From an uncultured Acidobacteriota bacterium (lineage in GTDB: Bacteria > Acidobacteriota > Thermoanaerobaculia > Gp7-AA8): a stretch of DNA of 64,000 bases. Numbering within the stretch: the first letter of the stretch is position 1; each line of letters starts with the position of its first letter. The stretch lies in NCBI GenBank assembly GCA_963741955.1, contig CAVUKB010000005.1, positions 64,001 through 128,000 on the forward strand, given 5' to 3'. Of the stretch, positions 8,905 through 17,503 are shown piece by piece. The position numbers were made by a program, and so were the translations under genes. Under the pieces are notes generated by a model. The model did not search any database, was not told the origin of the DNA, and saw only the letters and a list, made by a program, of their open reading frames with translations.

Positions 8905-9984
8905 ATGAAGTTCACAGACAAATTCCAGTACCTCCGATACCTCGTGGATCGCCACGGGATGAAGCCGATTTACGTCATCCTCGGCCTGACCTACGACTGC
9001 AACTCCTTCTGCCGGACCTGCTTCAACTGGGAGCAGCTGCGAAAGAACAAGGATCAGGAGCTGTCGCTCGATGAGCTGAAGAAGACGTTCGATTCCCTCG
9101 ACGATCTCCTCTTCGTGGTCATGAGCGGAGGAGAGCCGTTTCTCCGGCGGGACATCGACCAGGTCTGCGGTCATCTCGCCGAGCGCAATCACGCCAAGCA
9201 GATCACCATACCGACCGGCGGGATCACCAGTGACCTCATCGGTCGGCAGGTCGAGTCGATCGTCGACCGATGTCCGGAGACGCAGATCGTGGTCAACCTC
9301 TCGGTCGACCACGTCGGGGAGAAACACGACTGGCTGCGCGGCGTTCCGGGCAACTACGAAAAGCTGAAGAAGACTTACGCGAAGCTGATCGATCTCCGCG
9401 AAAAGCATGAGAACCTCACCGTAAACATGCACACGTGCCTGTGCACGTACAACGCGGACGACCTCGACCAGTTCACCGAGGCGATCAAGACGACGTTCCC
9501 CGAGATCAGCTTCCATTCATTCGAGATGCTTCGCGGCGACCAGCCGGACAAGAACATCCAGCCGATCTCGACCGAGCGCTACCGGGAGATCCTCCCGAAG
9601 CTCGAGGCGTACTGGAGCACGTATCCGAAGTACGACGGATTCCTCAAGTTCGTGAAGGTGTATTCGCGGCAGATCGAGCTTCAGGTACTGGAGCAGGAGA
9701 CCCAGGTGACGCCCTGTTACGCCGGGACGATCTCGGGCGTGGTCGACGCGCGCGGCGAGGTACGGATGTGCGAGCTGCGCGAGCCGGTCGGGAATGTCCG
9801 TGACACCGACTACGACTTCGGAAAGCTCTGGTTCTCCGCGGAGGCCGACCGGCAGAGGAAGTCGATCGCGGCGAAAGAATGCTGGTGCACGCACTCCTGC
9901 TTCATGTCGTCGTCTCTGGTGTTCCAGATGCGCACCTGGGGAGCGTTCTTCCGCTCCACCGTCGTAAACTTCCTCGCGGCATGA
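8905..9984 (+). CDS. radical SAM protein with C-terminal SPASM/twitch-like domain
   Basis: CNSFCRTC (CxxxCxxC), SGGEPF, PCYAG...GEVRMCE...CWCTHSC. Confidence 0.9.
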   Translation: MKFTDKFQYLRYLVDRHGMKPIYVILGLTYDCNSFCRTCFNWEQLRKNKDQELSLDELKKTFDSLDDLLFVVMSGGEPFLRRDIDQVCGHLAERNHAKQITIPTGGITSDLIGRQVESIVDRCPETQIVVNLSVDHVGEKHDWLRGVPGNYEKLKKTYAKLIDLREKHENLTVNMHTCLCTYNADDLDQFTEAIKTTFPEISFHSFEMLRGDQPDKNIQPISTERYREILPKLEAYWSTYPKYDGFLKFVKVYSRQIELQVLEQETQVTPCYAGTISGVVDARGEVRMCELREPVGNVRDTDYDFGKLWFSAEADRQRKSIAAKECWCTHSCFMSSSLVFQMRTWGAFFRSTVVNFLAA

Positions 9985-11255
9985 GAATCGCCGTCGTCGG
10001 TCCGGTCTATCCTTACCGGGCCGGAATCGCCTACTGCACCACGGCACTCGCGGAGGAGCTCGCGCGCGAGCACGAGATCGGAGTGTTTTCGTTCCGGCGC
10101 CAGTTTCCGCGGAGGTTCTATCCGGGAGGTGACGATCGCGACGAGACGCTCGCGGCGAAGACGCCTGCGGGGGCGCACTTCCGGCTCGACATCCTGAGTC
10201 CCTTCACCTGGATCCGGGAAGGTCTCGCGATCCGTCGCTGGAGGCCCGACACGCTGATCCTCGTCTGGTGGATCTGGGTCTGGGCGATTCCGTACCTCGT
10301 CATTCGCGCACTCGCTGGAAGAAATGTGCGCGTCGTGCTTCAGTGTCACAACGTTTCCGACAAGGAGCCTGCGTGGTGGAAGACGATGCTGAGCAATGCC
10401 GTGCTGCGACGTGCGGACGCTCTCGTCGTGCACGCCCGGAGCGAAGAGGAAGAGCTCGTGCGTCGGATCGGCCATCCGGAGCGCGTGGTGCGAACGTTTC
10501 TCCCGGTGCACGCGTTGGGCGGGGCCGCGCCTTCACGTGGCGACGCGCGAAAGCGGCTCGGAATCCTGGAGCAAACCCCGGTTCCAATCGAGAAGAGAGA
10601 CCGAGTTCCAATCGAGGAGCGATCCGTGTGGGCCGACCGTCCCGGTCGGCACGAGGCGCGAAGCGCCGAGACCACCGACTCGCGCTCGCAGCCGGCCGAC
10701 CGAGACGCTCGCGTTCCCCGGGTTGCCCTCTTCTTCGGTCACGTCCGCCCGTTCAAGGGTCTCGACATCGCGCTCCGCGCGTGGGCGAAGCTGCGCACGG
10801 ATGTCCTTCTTCTCGTCGCGGGGGAGGTATGGTGGAACGACGAGAGCCGCTACCGTGATCTCGTGCGCGAGCTCGGCATCGAGGATCACGTCCGTCTCGA
10901 GTTCCGATTCATCCCCGATGCGGAGATCGCGACGTACTTCGCCGCGTGCGACGTGGTCGTCGCTCCGTATCGAGCCGAGGCGCAGAGCGGTGTCGCCATG
11001 ACGGCGTTCCACTTCGGGCGCCCGATCATCGCGACGCGGGTCGGAGGGATACCGGAGGTCGTGGAGGCGGGAGTGAACGGGATGCTCATTCCCCCGGAGG
11101 AGCCCGAGGCTCTGGCGATGGCCCTCGATCGCTTCTTTACTTCGGAGGACCGCGCCGCGATGGAGGACGGCGCACGCACGTCGGCGGCACGCTACTCGTG
11201 GACCGAGTACGCGGGAGTGTTCCTCGGCGGCGCCCGCCATCAGCAATCCGGATAG
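9981..11255 (+). CDS. GT4 (GT-B) glycosyltransferase with about 50-aa internal insertion
   Basis: GPVYPYRAGIA, FFGHVRPFKG, PY...QSGV, TRVGGIPEVV. ATGA overlap with the radical SAM gene. Confidence 0.9.
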   Translation: MRIAVVGPVYPYRAGIAYCTTALAEELAREHEIGVFSFRRQFPRRFYPGGDDRDETLAAKTPAGAHFRLDILSPFTWIREGLAIRRWRPDTLILVWWIWVWAIPYLVIRALAGRNVRVVLQCHNVSDKEPAWWKTMLSNAVLRRADALVVHARSEEEELVRRIGHPERVVRTFLPVHALGGAAPSRGDARKRLGILEQTPVPIEKRDRVPIEERSVWADRPGRHEARSAETTDSRSQPADRDARVPRVALFFGHVRPFKGLDIALRAWAKLRTDVLLLVAGEVWWNDESRYRDLVRELGIEDHVRLEFRFIPDAEIATYFAACDVVVAPYRAEAQSGVAMTAFHFGRPIIATRVGGIPEVVEAGVNGMLIPPEEPEALAMALDRFFTSEDRAAMEDGARTSAARYSWTEYAGVFLGGARHQQSG

Positions 11256-11716
11256 TCATCCGTCTCGTCGTCTACCAAGCGAAGGCCGCACCTCTCGCGC
11301 CGCCGTCCCTCGCCCCGTCCGGGGTCAAGTCTTCAGCCGACACACGCCCTTCGGTGAGAGGGGAGGCTGAAGGGCAACCCCGGGAGTCCCTCGCTGGCGC
11401 GGCGGTCACGCCGCGTGCAGAACGTTTCGTTGGCGCGACGGCTTCGGTCTCGCGGGCACGCGTCGCGCCCGCCTCGATTTTCGCGAGGGGCAATATGAAA
11501 TTGCGCATCGTGCGCGCGAACCCAGGGTTCCGGCGCGGAGCGCCTTCACCCTGGGCTACTGTCGGTCGTGCCTTCGGCACTGAGGGCGGCGCGAGTGGAG
11601 TGAGTCGCGCTTCGCGGTTGCGTCGAGATTCGAGCAGGCGCGTTCCGGGCGTGGCTGTGCGGCGTTTCGGTGGTGGCACTGGGGGCGGCGCGAGAGTGAA
11701 CCCAGGGTTCCGGGCA
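11256..11716. repeat. cluster of REP-like palindromes between convergent genes
   Basis: CCCAGGGT..GGCGC-GGA-GCGCC..ACCCTGGG (11521-11555), GTGCC-TTC-GGCAC (11568-11580), CTTCAGCC/GGCTGAAG (11331-11372). AACCCAGGGTTCCGG occurs at 11519 and 11699. Confidence 0.6.
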
Positions 11717-12499
11717 TCAGGTCCGTCGACCGATCCAGATGAGATCTCGGGACGTGGCCTCGTCGAACGGCGTGCCGTCGAATGCGCCGAGCACTTCGTC
11801 TTCCTTGATCCCGTGGCCGCCGAAGATGTGGGCGATGTCGCTGCGCGTCCACGCGTGGAGGTCGACGCGCTTCGAGGCGATCACCTCGATGGGAGGATCG
11901 GCATCTGGCTTCAGGCGGAGCGTGGTCGGGAAGAAGCGCAGCTGTCCCTCATCGTCCGGGAGCGTGGTCACGCGGAGAAAAACGATCTCCGCATCGGGAT
12001 CGTCCGGGTCACTGCGCACGTTCACCGGGAGTGCGCGCTCGTTCTGCGCGACCATCCGGCGGTAGTTGAGGATCTGGAGAAGAAAACGGGCGCTGCGGTC
12101 GAGCTTTTCTCCAAGACCTTTCGCCAGCGATTCGAGATCGCCCACGGCGGTGAGATGCGGAAGGACGTTCCCGAGACAGATTGCGCCGCCGAACGTCCCG
12201 TCGACGAGCGCGCCGAGATTGCGAAAGTCGCCGTGGACGAATCTCACGTTCTCCGGCACCGCCTCTTCATTCGCCATCTCCATCATCGCTTCCGAGGCGT
12301 CGACCCCGGTCACGTCGAATCCACGCGAGGCGAGGAAGCGCGCATGATCGCCAGGTCCGGAGCCGAGGTCGAGGATCCGGTCGGAGGGGCCGCTGCCGAG
12401 GATCCGTTCGAGAAGGGGGGCCTCGCGCTGAATGCGTGCCGGCCAGGCAATGAGGTGACGGTACTGGACTCTTGAATAGCGGTCGTCGCGGTCGCTCAT
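11717..12499 (-). CDS. class I SAM-dependent methyltransferase
   Basis: ILDLGSGPG, GVDAS, GDFR, CLGNVLPH. Confidence 0.88.
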   Translation of the reverse strand: MSDRDDRYSRVQYRHLIAWPARIQREAPLLERILGSGPSDRILDLGSGPGDHARFLASRGFDVTGVDASEAMMEMANEEAVPENVRFVHGDFRNLGALVDGTFGGAICLGNVLPHLTAVGDLESLAKGLGEKLDRSARFLLQILNYRRMVAQNERALPVNVRSDPDDPDAEIVFLRVTTLPDDEGQLRFFPTTLRLKPDADPPIEVIASKRVDLHAWTRSDIAHIFGGHGIKEDEVLGAFDGTPFDEATSRDLIWIGRRT

Positions 12500-12545
12500 G
12501 CAGTGGATTGTATCGTGGAGGTGCAGCGTGAGGTGGGCCACGCCT

Positions 12546-13121
12546 TCAGGTCCGCTTCAACCACCCGAGCACCACCTCTACCGCCTTTCGGTCGCCATCC
12601 ACGATTCCTGCGAGTGATCGCCAGGTGGTGAACTCGACGGCATGGCGGAGGGTGGCGCCTCGCTGACGGTTCCGGCGGCTCCAGAGGCTCTCCAGACCGT
12701 CGGCATACGCAGCGAGATACCCGAGCAGAGGCTCCATCATCGGGCGGATCGACGGGAGGTGCTCGGCATCGGCTGAGATGCTGGCGAGCATTTTCTGATT
12801 CTCGCGGAACCACTGGTAGAGAAGGAGGATGGCTCTTCGCGCCGCGGGGAGCGGGGCAGACGTGTCCGGCGAGGGAAGGGGAGGAGCGGGATTCATTTCC
12901 GCCCAAAGTGACGAGCATGCGGTGAACATCGCCGTCTCGTCGGGAAAATGACGGTAGACGGTGAGCCGTTCGACTCCGGCGCGCTCGGCGACTGCACTGA
13001 TGGTGGTCCGTGCCGGTCCGATCTCCTCGTGCAGTTCGACCAGCGCTTCCACGATCCGGCGCCGCGTCCGCTCCTCGGCTTCGGCACGGCGGAGCTTGGT
13101 GTAGCTTCGTTTGACTGCCAT
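12546..13121 (-). CDS. TetR/AcrR family transcriptional regulator
   Basis: N-terminal HTH TISAVAERAGVERLTVYRHF. Confidence 0.92.
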   Translation of the reverse strand: MAVKRSYTKLRRAEAEERTRRRIVEALVELHEEIGPARTTISAVAERAGVERLTVYRHFPDETAMFTACSSLWAEMNPAPPLPSPDTSAPLPAARRAILLLYQWFRENQKMLASISADAEHLPSIRPMMEPLLGYLAAYADGLESLWSRRNRQRGATLRHAVEFTTWRSLAGIVDGDRKAVEVVLGWLKRT

Positions 13122-13142
13122 CGCGTCGATGATCGTATCACA

Positions 13143-13156
13143 AAACAGGGCTGTTT
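13143..13156. promoter_or_regulatory. candidate TetR operator
   Basis: Perfect inverted repeat AAACAG-GG-CTGTTT in the divergent intergenic region next to the TetR gene. Confidence 0.5.
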
Positions 13157-13169
13157 ACCTAAATGCAGG

Positions 13170-13198
13170 TTGACCGGCCGCGACCCGACGCGTATATT
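13170..13198 (+). promoter_or_regulatory. sigma70-type promoter
   Basis: TTGACC-N17-TATATT; GAGGAGG RBS before ATG 13237. Confidence 0.7.
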
Positions 13199-13236
13199 CG
13201 ATGAACAACAGTGATCTATGAAATGAGGAGGCTGAG

Positions 13237-13959
13237 ATGATCACCAATCGAGAAATGGGAACCAGCATTCAGGAGATCGCCGACGGGACTTACCGCATCA
13301 ATACGCCGGTGGAGATTCCCGGAGGAGCGTTCTCCTTCAACCAGTACCTCGTGCGCGACGAGCAACCGCTTCTGTTCCACACCGGCCCCCGAAAGCTCTT
13401 CCCGCTGGTGCGCGAAGCGGTGGCGTCGGTGCTTCCTCCGGAGTCAATTCGATGGATCGCCTTCTCTCACGTGGAAGCCGACGAGTGCGGATCGCTCAAC
13501 GAATGGCTGGCCACCGCGCCCGAGGCGGCACCTCTCTGCAGCGGAATCGCGGCGATGGTGTCCATAGGAGACCTGGCGGACCGTGAGCCGCGTCCGATGA
13601 CGGACGGCGAGACGCTTTCCACGGGACGCCGCACGTTCCGCTGGTTCGACGCTCCGCATCTTCCGCACGGCTGGGACTGCGGATATCTCGGCGACGAGTC
13701 GACCAGGACCCTCTTCTGCGGAGATCTCTTCACCCAGCCGGGAAAAGGGGAGATCGCGTCGACCGAGGCCGACATTCTCGGACCCAGCGAAGCGATGCGC
13801 CAGCAGCTCGATTACTACTCTCACAGCCGAAACGCTCGCGACCTCATCGACAAGCTCGCTGCGTTCGAGCCGTCCACGCTCGCATGCATGCATGGAAGCG
13901 CATGGAAAGGAGACGGGGCCGCACTGCTGCGAGAGCTCGGTCAGGCGCTCGGAGTATGA
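13237..13959 (+). CDS. MBL-fold di-iron protein (stand-alone FprA/ODP-like domain)
   Basis: FNQYL, HVEADE, HLPHGW, GDLF, MHG motifs; no flavodoxin domain. Confidence 0.8.
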   Translation: MITNREMGTSIQEIADGTYRINTPVEIPGGAFSFNQYLVRDEQPLLFHTGPRKLFPLVREAVASVLPPESIRWIAFSHVEADECGSLNEWLATAPEAAPLCSGIAAMVSIGDLADREPRPMTDGETLSTGRRTFRWFDAPHLPHGWDCGYLGDESTRTLFCGDLFTQPGKGEIASTEADILGPSEAMRQQLDYYSHSRNARDLIDKLAAFEPSTLACMHGSAWKGDGAALLRELGQALGV

Positions 13960-13994
13960 GAGCCGACTGAACAGTGGGTACGCGGAGCGTTGTT

Positions 13995-14034
13995 TCGAAC
14001 GGGAGCGGTTTCGGAGGGATCGCTCCTCGTTCGA
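13995..14034. terminator. hairpin between convergent genes
   Basis: TCGAACG-GGAGCG...CGCTCC-T-CGTTCGA imperfect stem; no clear U-tract. Confidence 0.4.
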
Positions 14035-14068
14035 GCCATCCTTCAATCGCCTCTCCTTTGCCCGCCGT

Positions 14069-15937
14069 TCAGATCAGGCGCTTCGTGCGGAGCGTCACGG
14101 TCAGCGTATCCGATCCACGGCGAATGGTGAGGGTCACGTTCTCGCCGGGGATTCTGAGGATCGAGCGGATCTCGTCCAGACTCATCGACGCGACCGGCTT
14201 TCCGCGGACGGCGGTGATCTCGTCGCCGACCCGGATCCCCGCCTCCGCGGCGGGCGAGGGCTCGAGCACGTTCCGCACCACCGCCCGGTCGAAGCTCGCA
14301 TCCGCGGCGACGAGGAGCATCCCGCTCATGTCGTACTCGAACGGTCGGGAAATCTGGTCGTTCGGCCGGAGGAGAAGTCGCTTGTGCGGGTAATCGACGA
14401 AGAGGGTGAATCTTCGCAGTACCTCGCCCCCGATCGCGCCGTCGAGATCCGGATTCGCGTTCGCCCCGGCCGTGTCCTGAGAGAAGCTTGTAATGGGGCT
14501 CGTGACGGTCCACGGACCGAGATGGATCGCGGAGATGCGCCCGAGCAGCTGGTGGGTCAGACCGCCGACGCCCATCCCGAGGGGAGCGTCGATCGTGTGG
14601 GGAATCGATGCGAGAAGGTGCTGTGATTCTATGTACGGGCGATTCAACGAGACCGCGCCGCGGTCGCCGGTATCGACGAGCATCCGCGCATCGAGAGAGC
14701 GGCCGTCCGGCAGGTCGAGCGTGGCGTGGATCACCGGGGTGTTGGCGTCGAATTCGACCGGGAATGCTCTGGCGCCATCCGGCGGCGTGAATGTGGAGGG
14801 GTCGTGCAAACGGATCACCCGGTCGCCATATGCGATCTCCACCACGAAATGACTGACCACGTTGTAGCCGAGGATCCCCTGGAGCGGACGTCCTTCTCGC
14901 AAGGCGAGTGAGGTCAAAGGAATGGCGAAGATCCCATCCAGCGGGAGCTCGACGTCTCCCACACGGACGGACGCCCCCTCGATCGTGGCCATCTCCATAG
15001 AACCCGAGCCCGCACCTCGGGCCTCGAGTGATCCTTTCATCGTCATCCCCAGCGATTCGGCACGCTCCCTGTCGATCACCGTCATGTCTGCCCCGGTATC
15101 GAGGAGAAACGAGGACGATTCTCCGCCGTTCACGCGAACGGGGAGATAGATGTGATTCTGAGTCAGCTCCATCGGTACGGTGGCCGGGGAGTGCTTCAGC
15201 CATCGTACCGGAGAGGGCCCTTCCTCGGGCTCGGTGAAGATATTGTCGGCGAGCTTCGGATTGATCTCGGTGGTCTGGTACCGGATCACGACGTCGTATT
15301 TCGGATCGCCGGTCGACTGCCGCACTTCGAGCGGGAGTTGAATCCCGTCGGCGGTGGTCCAGGAGAGATAGCTCGTCCGGACAACGCGATCGCGGTCGCT
15401 CTGCTCGGTGAACGTGGGAAGACAGCTCGCCTTATCGATGTGTACAGTGACCGGGCGTCCTCCTTCGGGCTCGAGTCGAAGCACGCTCTCACCGCTGGCG
15501 GAACCGTCGACCGGCGTCACCGTTCCCGGCATCCGATCGGGAAAGAAGAGGGAGCCGGAATCGATCCAGGCTTCGGAGACGAGGCGGCGGAGGTCGCTCT
15601 CCCCGAGCTCATGGGAAGGAGCGCTCCCCTCGCGAGCCCAACCCTTGTTCCGGTCGAGCACCTCCGTCGCCGAGTACACCCCGAGATCGACGGACGAACG
15701 GGAACGGCCGGTCGAATCGGTCCAGCTCTCGGTTGTCCCTTGCAGCCCCCCGGTCTCGATCACTCCCGTGCGATGGATGCTCCGAACGGTGGCGAGGCGG
15801 GCGCGCCCGCCGAGAGCATGCGCCCAGCACTCGACCGGCGACTGGGGTTTCGTCACTGCAGGCGCGGACGTCGCCGGGAACGCCGAGAACACGAAGACGG
15901 CCGAAATGGTGGCGAAGATAATGCGATTGCGCTTCAT
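14069..15937 (-). CDS. secreted twin retropepsin-like aspartyl protease with C-terminal PDZ domain
   Basis: Signal peptide MKRNRIIF..; FLLDTGA..GILG, second lobe LVDTGD..GAIG; PDZ SPAAEAGIRVGDEI; GGAGGG RBS. Confidence 0.85.
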   Translation of the reverse strand: MKRNRIIFATISAVFVFSAFPATSAPAVTKPQSPVECWAHALGGRARLATVRSIHRTGVIETGGLQGTTESWTDSTGRSRSSVDLGVYSATEVLDRNKGWAREGSAPSHELGESDLRRLVSEAWIDSGSLFFPDRMPGTVTPVDGSASGESVLRLEPEGGRPVTVHIDKASCLPTFTEQSDRDRVVRTSYLSWTTADGIQLPLEVRQSTGDPKYDVVIRYQTTEINPKLADNIFTEPEEGPSPVRWLKHSPATVPMELTQNHIYLPVRVNGGESSSFLLDTGADMTVIDRERAESLGMTMKGSLEARGAGSGSMEMATIEGASVRVGDVELPLDGIFAIPLTSLALREGRPLQGILGYNVVSHFVVEIAYGDRVIRLHDPSTFTPPDGARAFPVEFDANTPVIHATLDLPDGRSLDARMLVDTGDRGAVSLNRPYIESQHLLASIPHTIDAPLGMGVGGLTHQLLGRISAIHLGPWTVTSPITSFSQDTAGANANPDLDGAIGGEVLRRFTLFVDYPHKRLLLRPNDQISRPFEYDMSGMLLVAADASFDRAVVRNVLEPSPAAEAGIRVGDEITAVRGKPVASMSLDEIRSILRIPGENVTLTIRRGSDTLTVTLRTKRLI

Positions 15938-16289
15938 GGTCCCTCCGACTCCAACAGAGTACGAATCGTACTCACCTACCACTACGGGGTTCGGAGGGAA
16001 TCGTTTCAACGGCCGTGAAAAACTGCGCAGCGACTCTCCGGTATTGTTCCGCAGTGGGAGTCCGTCCGGTTCCCGGGGAATCAACGCCGCTACGCGACTC
16101 GAATCCTCACGAACCGGGCCTTACAGTGTTTGCCCGCGACGGAGGTCGTTCCCGCGCATGCTCCCCGCCGCACGAGGGCGTGAGAAGGGACGGGTTCAGT
16201 GCCCTCGCCACTAACGAACGGTGAGGATCGTGAACGAAAGGTGGTAGCTGCGGGCTCTCCCTGGTCCGCATACTGGTAGGTGAGGAGCC

Positions 16290-16841
16290 ATGCAGGGGAA
16301 AGTCAAAGGCGTTCTCTTCCTCGATTACGTGCGGATGCTGCGCGCCGCGAAGGAGAACGACTGGTCGCTCTATTTCGAGCCGGAGGAGTTTCACTACCTC
16401 GAAGAACGGATCGACCCCAACTCGTGGTACCCGATGGACGTGTTCGAGCGTATGGGACTCGCGATTCTGGTGGAGGTCGCCGACCGGGATCTCGCAAAAG
16501 TCGAAGCGTGGGGAAGGGTCACGATCGACCAGTTGTACCAGCAGTTCCCCGATCTCTTCGTCGCGGGTGATCCGCGTGAATCGATCATGCGCTTCCAGAT
16601 TCTTCGCCAGGCGCTCTTCGACTATCCGGTCGCAGAGGTCGTCTCGGTACGGGACGGCTCCGCGCGGGTCGAGATTTTTTATGGGATGAGCGCCCCGGCG
16701 GAGGAGGCCGCGGTCCACCAGGCAGTCGGGTTCTTCGAAAGACTCATGGAGTGCTCCGGCGCACGGGAAGCCGAGGTTCAGATCGAACTGCGCGGATGGG
16801 AGAGCGGCGGAAAGACGCGTCTCGCATTGCGCTGGAGCTGA
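16290..16841 (+). CDS. hypothetical protein resembling the myxobacterial DUF2378/TIGR02265-type family
   Basis: GAGGAG RBS; VKGVLF start, WYP motif, ends LRWS. Family call from memory. Confidence 0.6.
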   Translation: MQGKVKGVLFLDYVRMLRAAKENDWSLYFEPEEFHYLEERIDPNSWYPMDVFERMGLAILVEVADRDLAKVEAWGRVTIDQLYQQFPDLFVAGDPRESIMRFQILRQALFDYPVAEVVSVRDGSARVEIFYGMSAPAEEAAVHQAVGFFERLMECSGAREAEVQIELRGWESGGKTRLALRWS

Positions 16842-16867
16842 TGAGGATCAGACGCCCGGAGCCGGTC

Positions 16868-17340
16868 TCAATTCGATGCTTGCTTCAGCGCTTCGGTCCA
16901 GTTCGTGACCACGGTGAGGTCGCGATCATCCGGCGAGCCGCTCCTCTCCAGAAGAAGGAATCGCTGCCCATCCGGAGCGAGGTCTCCGCCGAGCACCTGA
17001 TACGCGTCGAAGAGCGGGTGGGTTGCACCGATCTGCATCTGCCGGTCGTCGTGTTGCAGCTCGACGGCGTCGACTCCGCGGCGAGCAGCCGGGATCAGGA
17101 TGATTTCCGTCGGCGAAGAACGCGATGAAGCGGCTGTCCGGCGACGAGAACGGGAAGACTGCACCCTCGGTCCCGGAGAGAACGTGAGCGTGAGGGGAGC
17201 CGAGCGGCCGGATCCAGAGGGCCAGCTGCCTGGCCAGCCCTTCCTTCGGTCCGGCGAAGGTCACGAGTTTTCCATCCGGCGAGATGGTCATCGATCCGAC
17301 GAACTGGTTACCGAGGATGAACGAAGAACCCTCGGGAGCG
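16868..17340 (-). pseudogene. relic of the C-terminal TolB/PD40 propeller of a Ser/Thr kinase (internal deletion and frameshift)
   Basis: APEGSSF..MTISPDGK..LWIRPL..GTEGAVFPFSSPDSRFIAFFADG, then in another frame DLAPDGQRFL..LTVVTNWTEAL*. Confidence 0.75.
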
Positions 17341-17503
17341 CGCCATCGCCGTACCGATGACCGAGGGCTCAGCGGCTGCAGCTCCGAGATCGGTCGCGGA
17401 TCGCGCCCGAGGTGGCGATGATTTGCTCTCGCCGCGAGACTCAGCGGCTTCCGGTTCCAGCGATCTATAATCGGATAGTCACCACCAGAAAGAGGAGGTC
17501 CCG

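Noticed and set aside
6347-9074. Repeated small ORFs (MPVAEA.., MAYAMKT..) as peptides or RiPP precursors for the radical SAM
   Set aside because: They are translations of the repeat. Most periods are not multiples of 3, frames shift between units, and there is no RBS.
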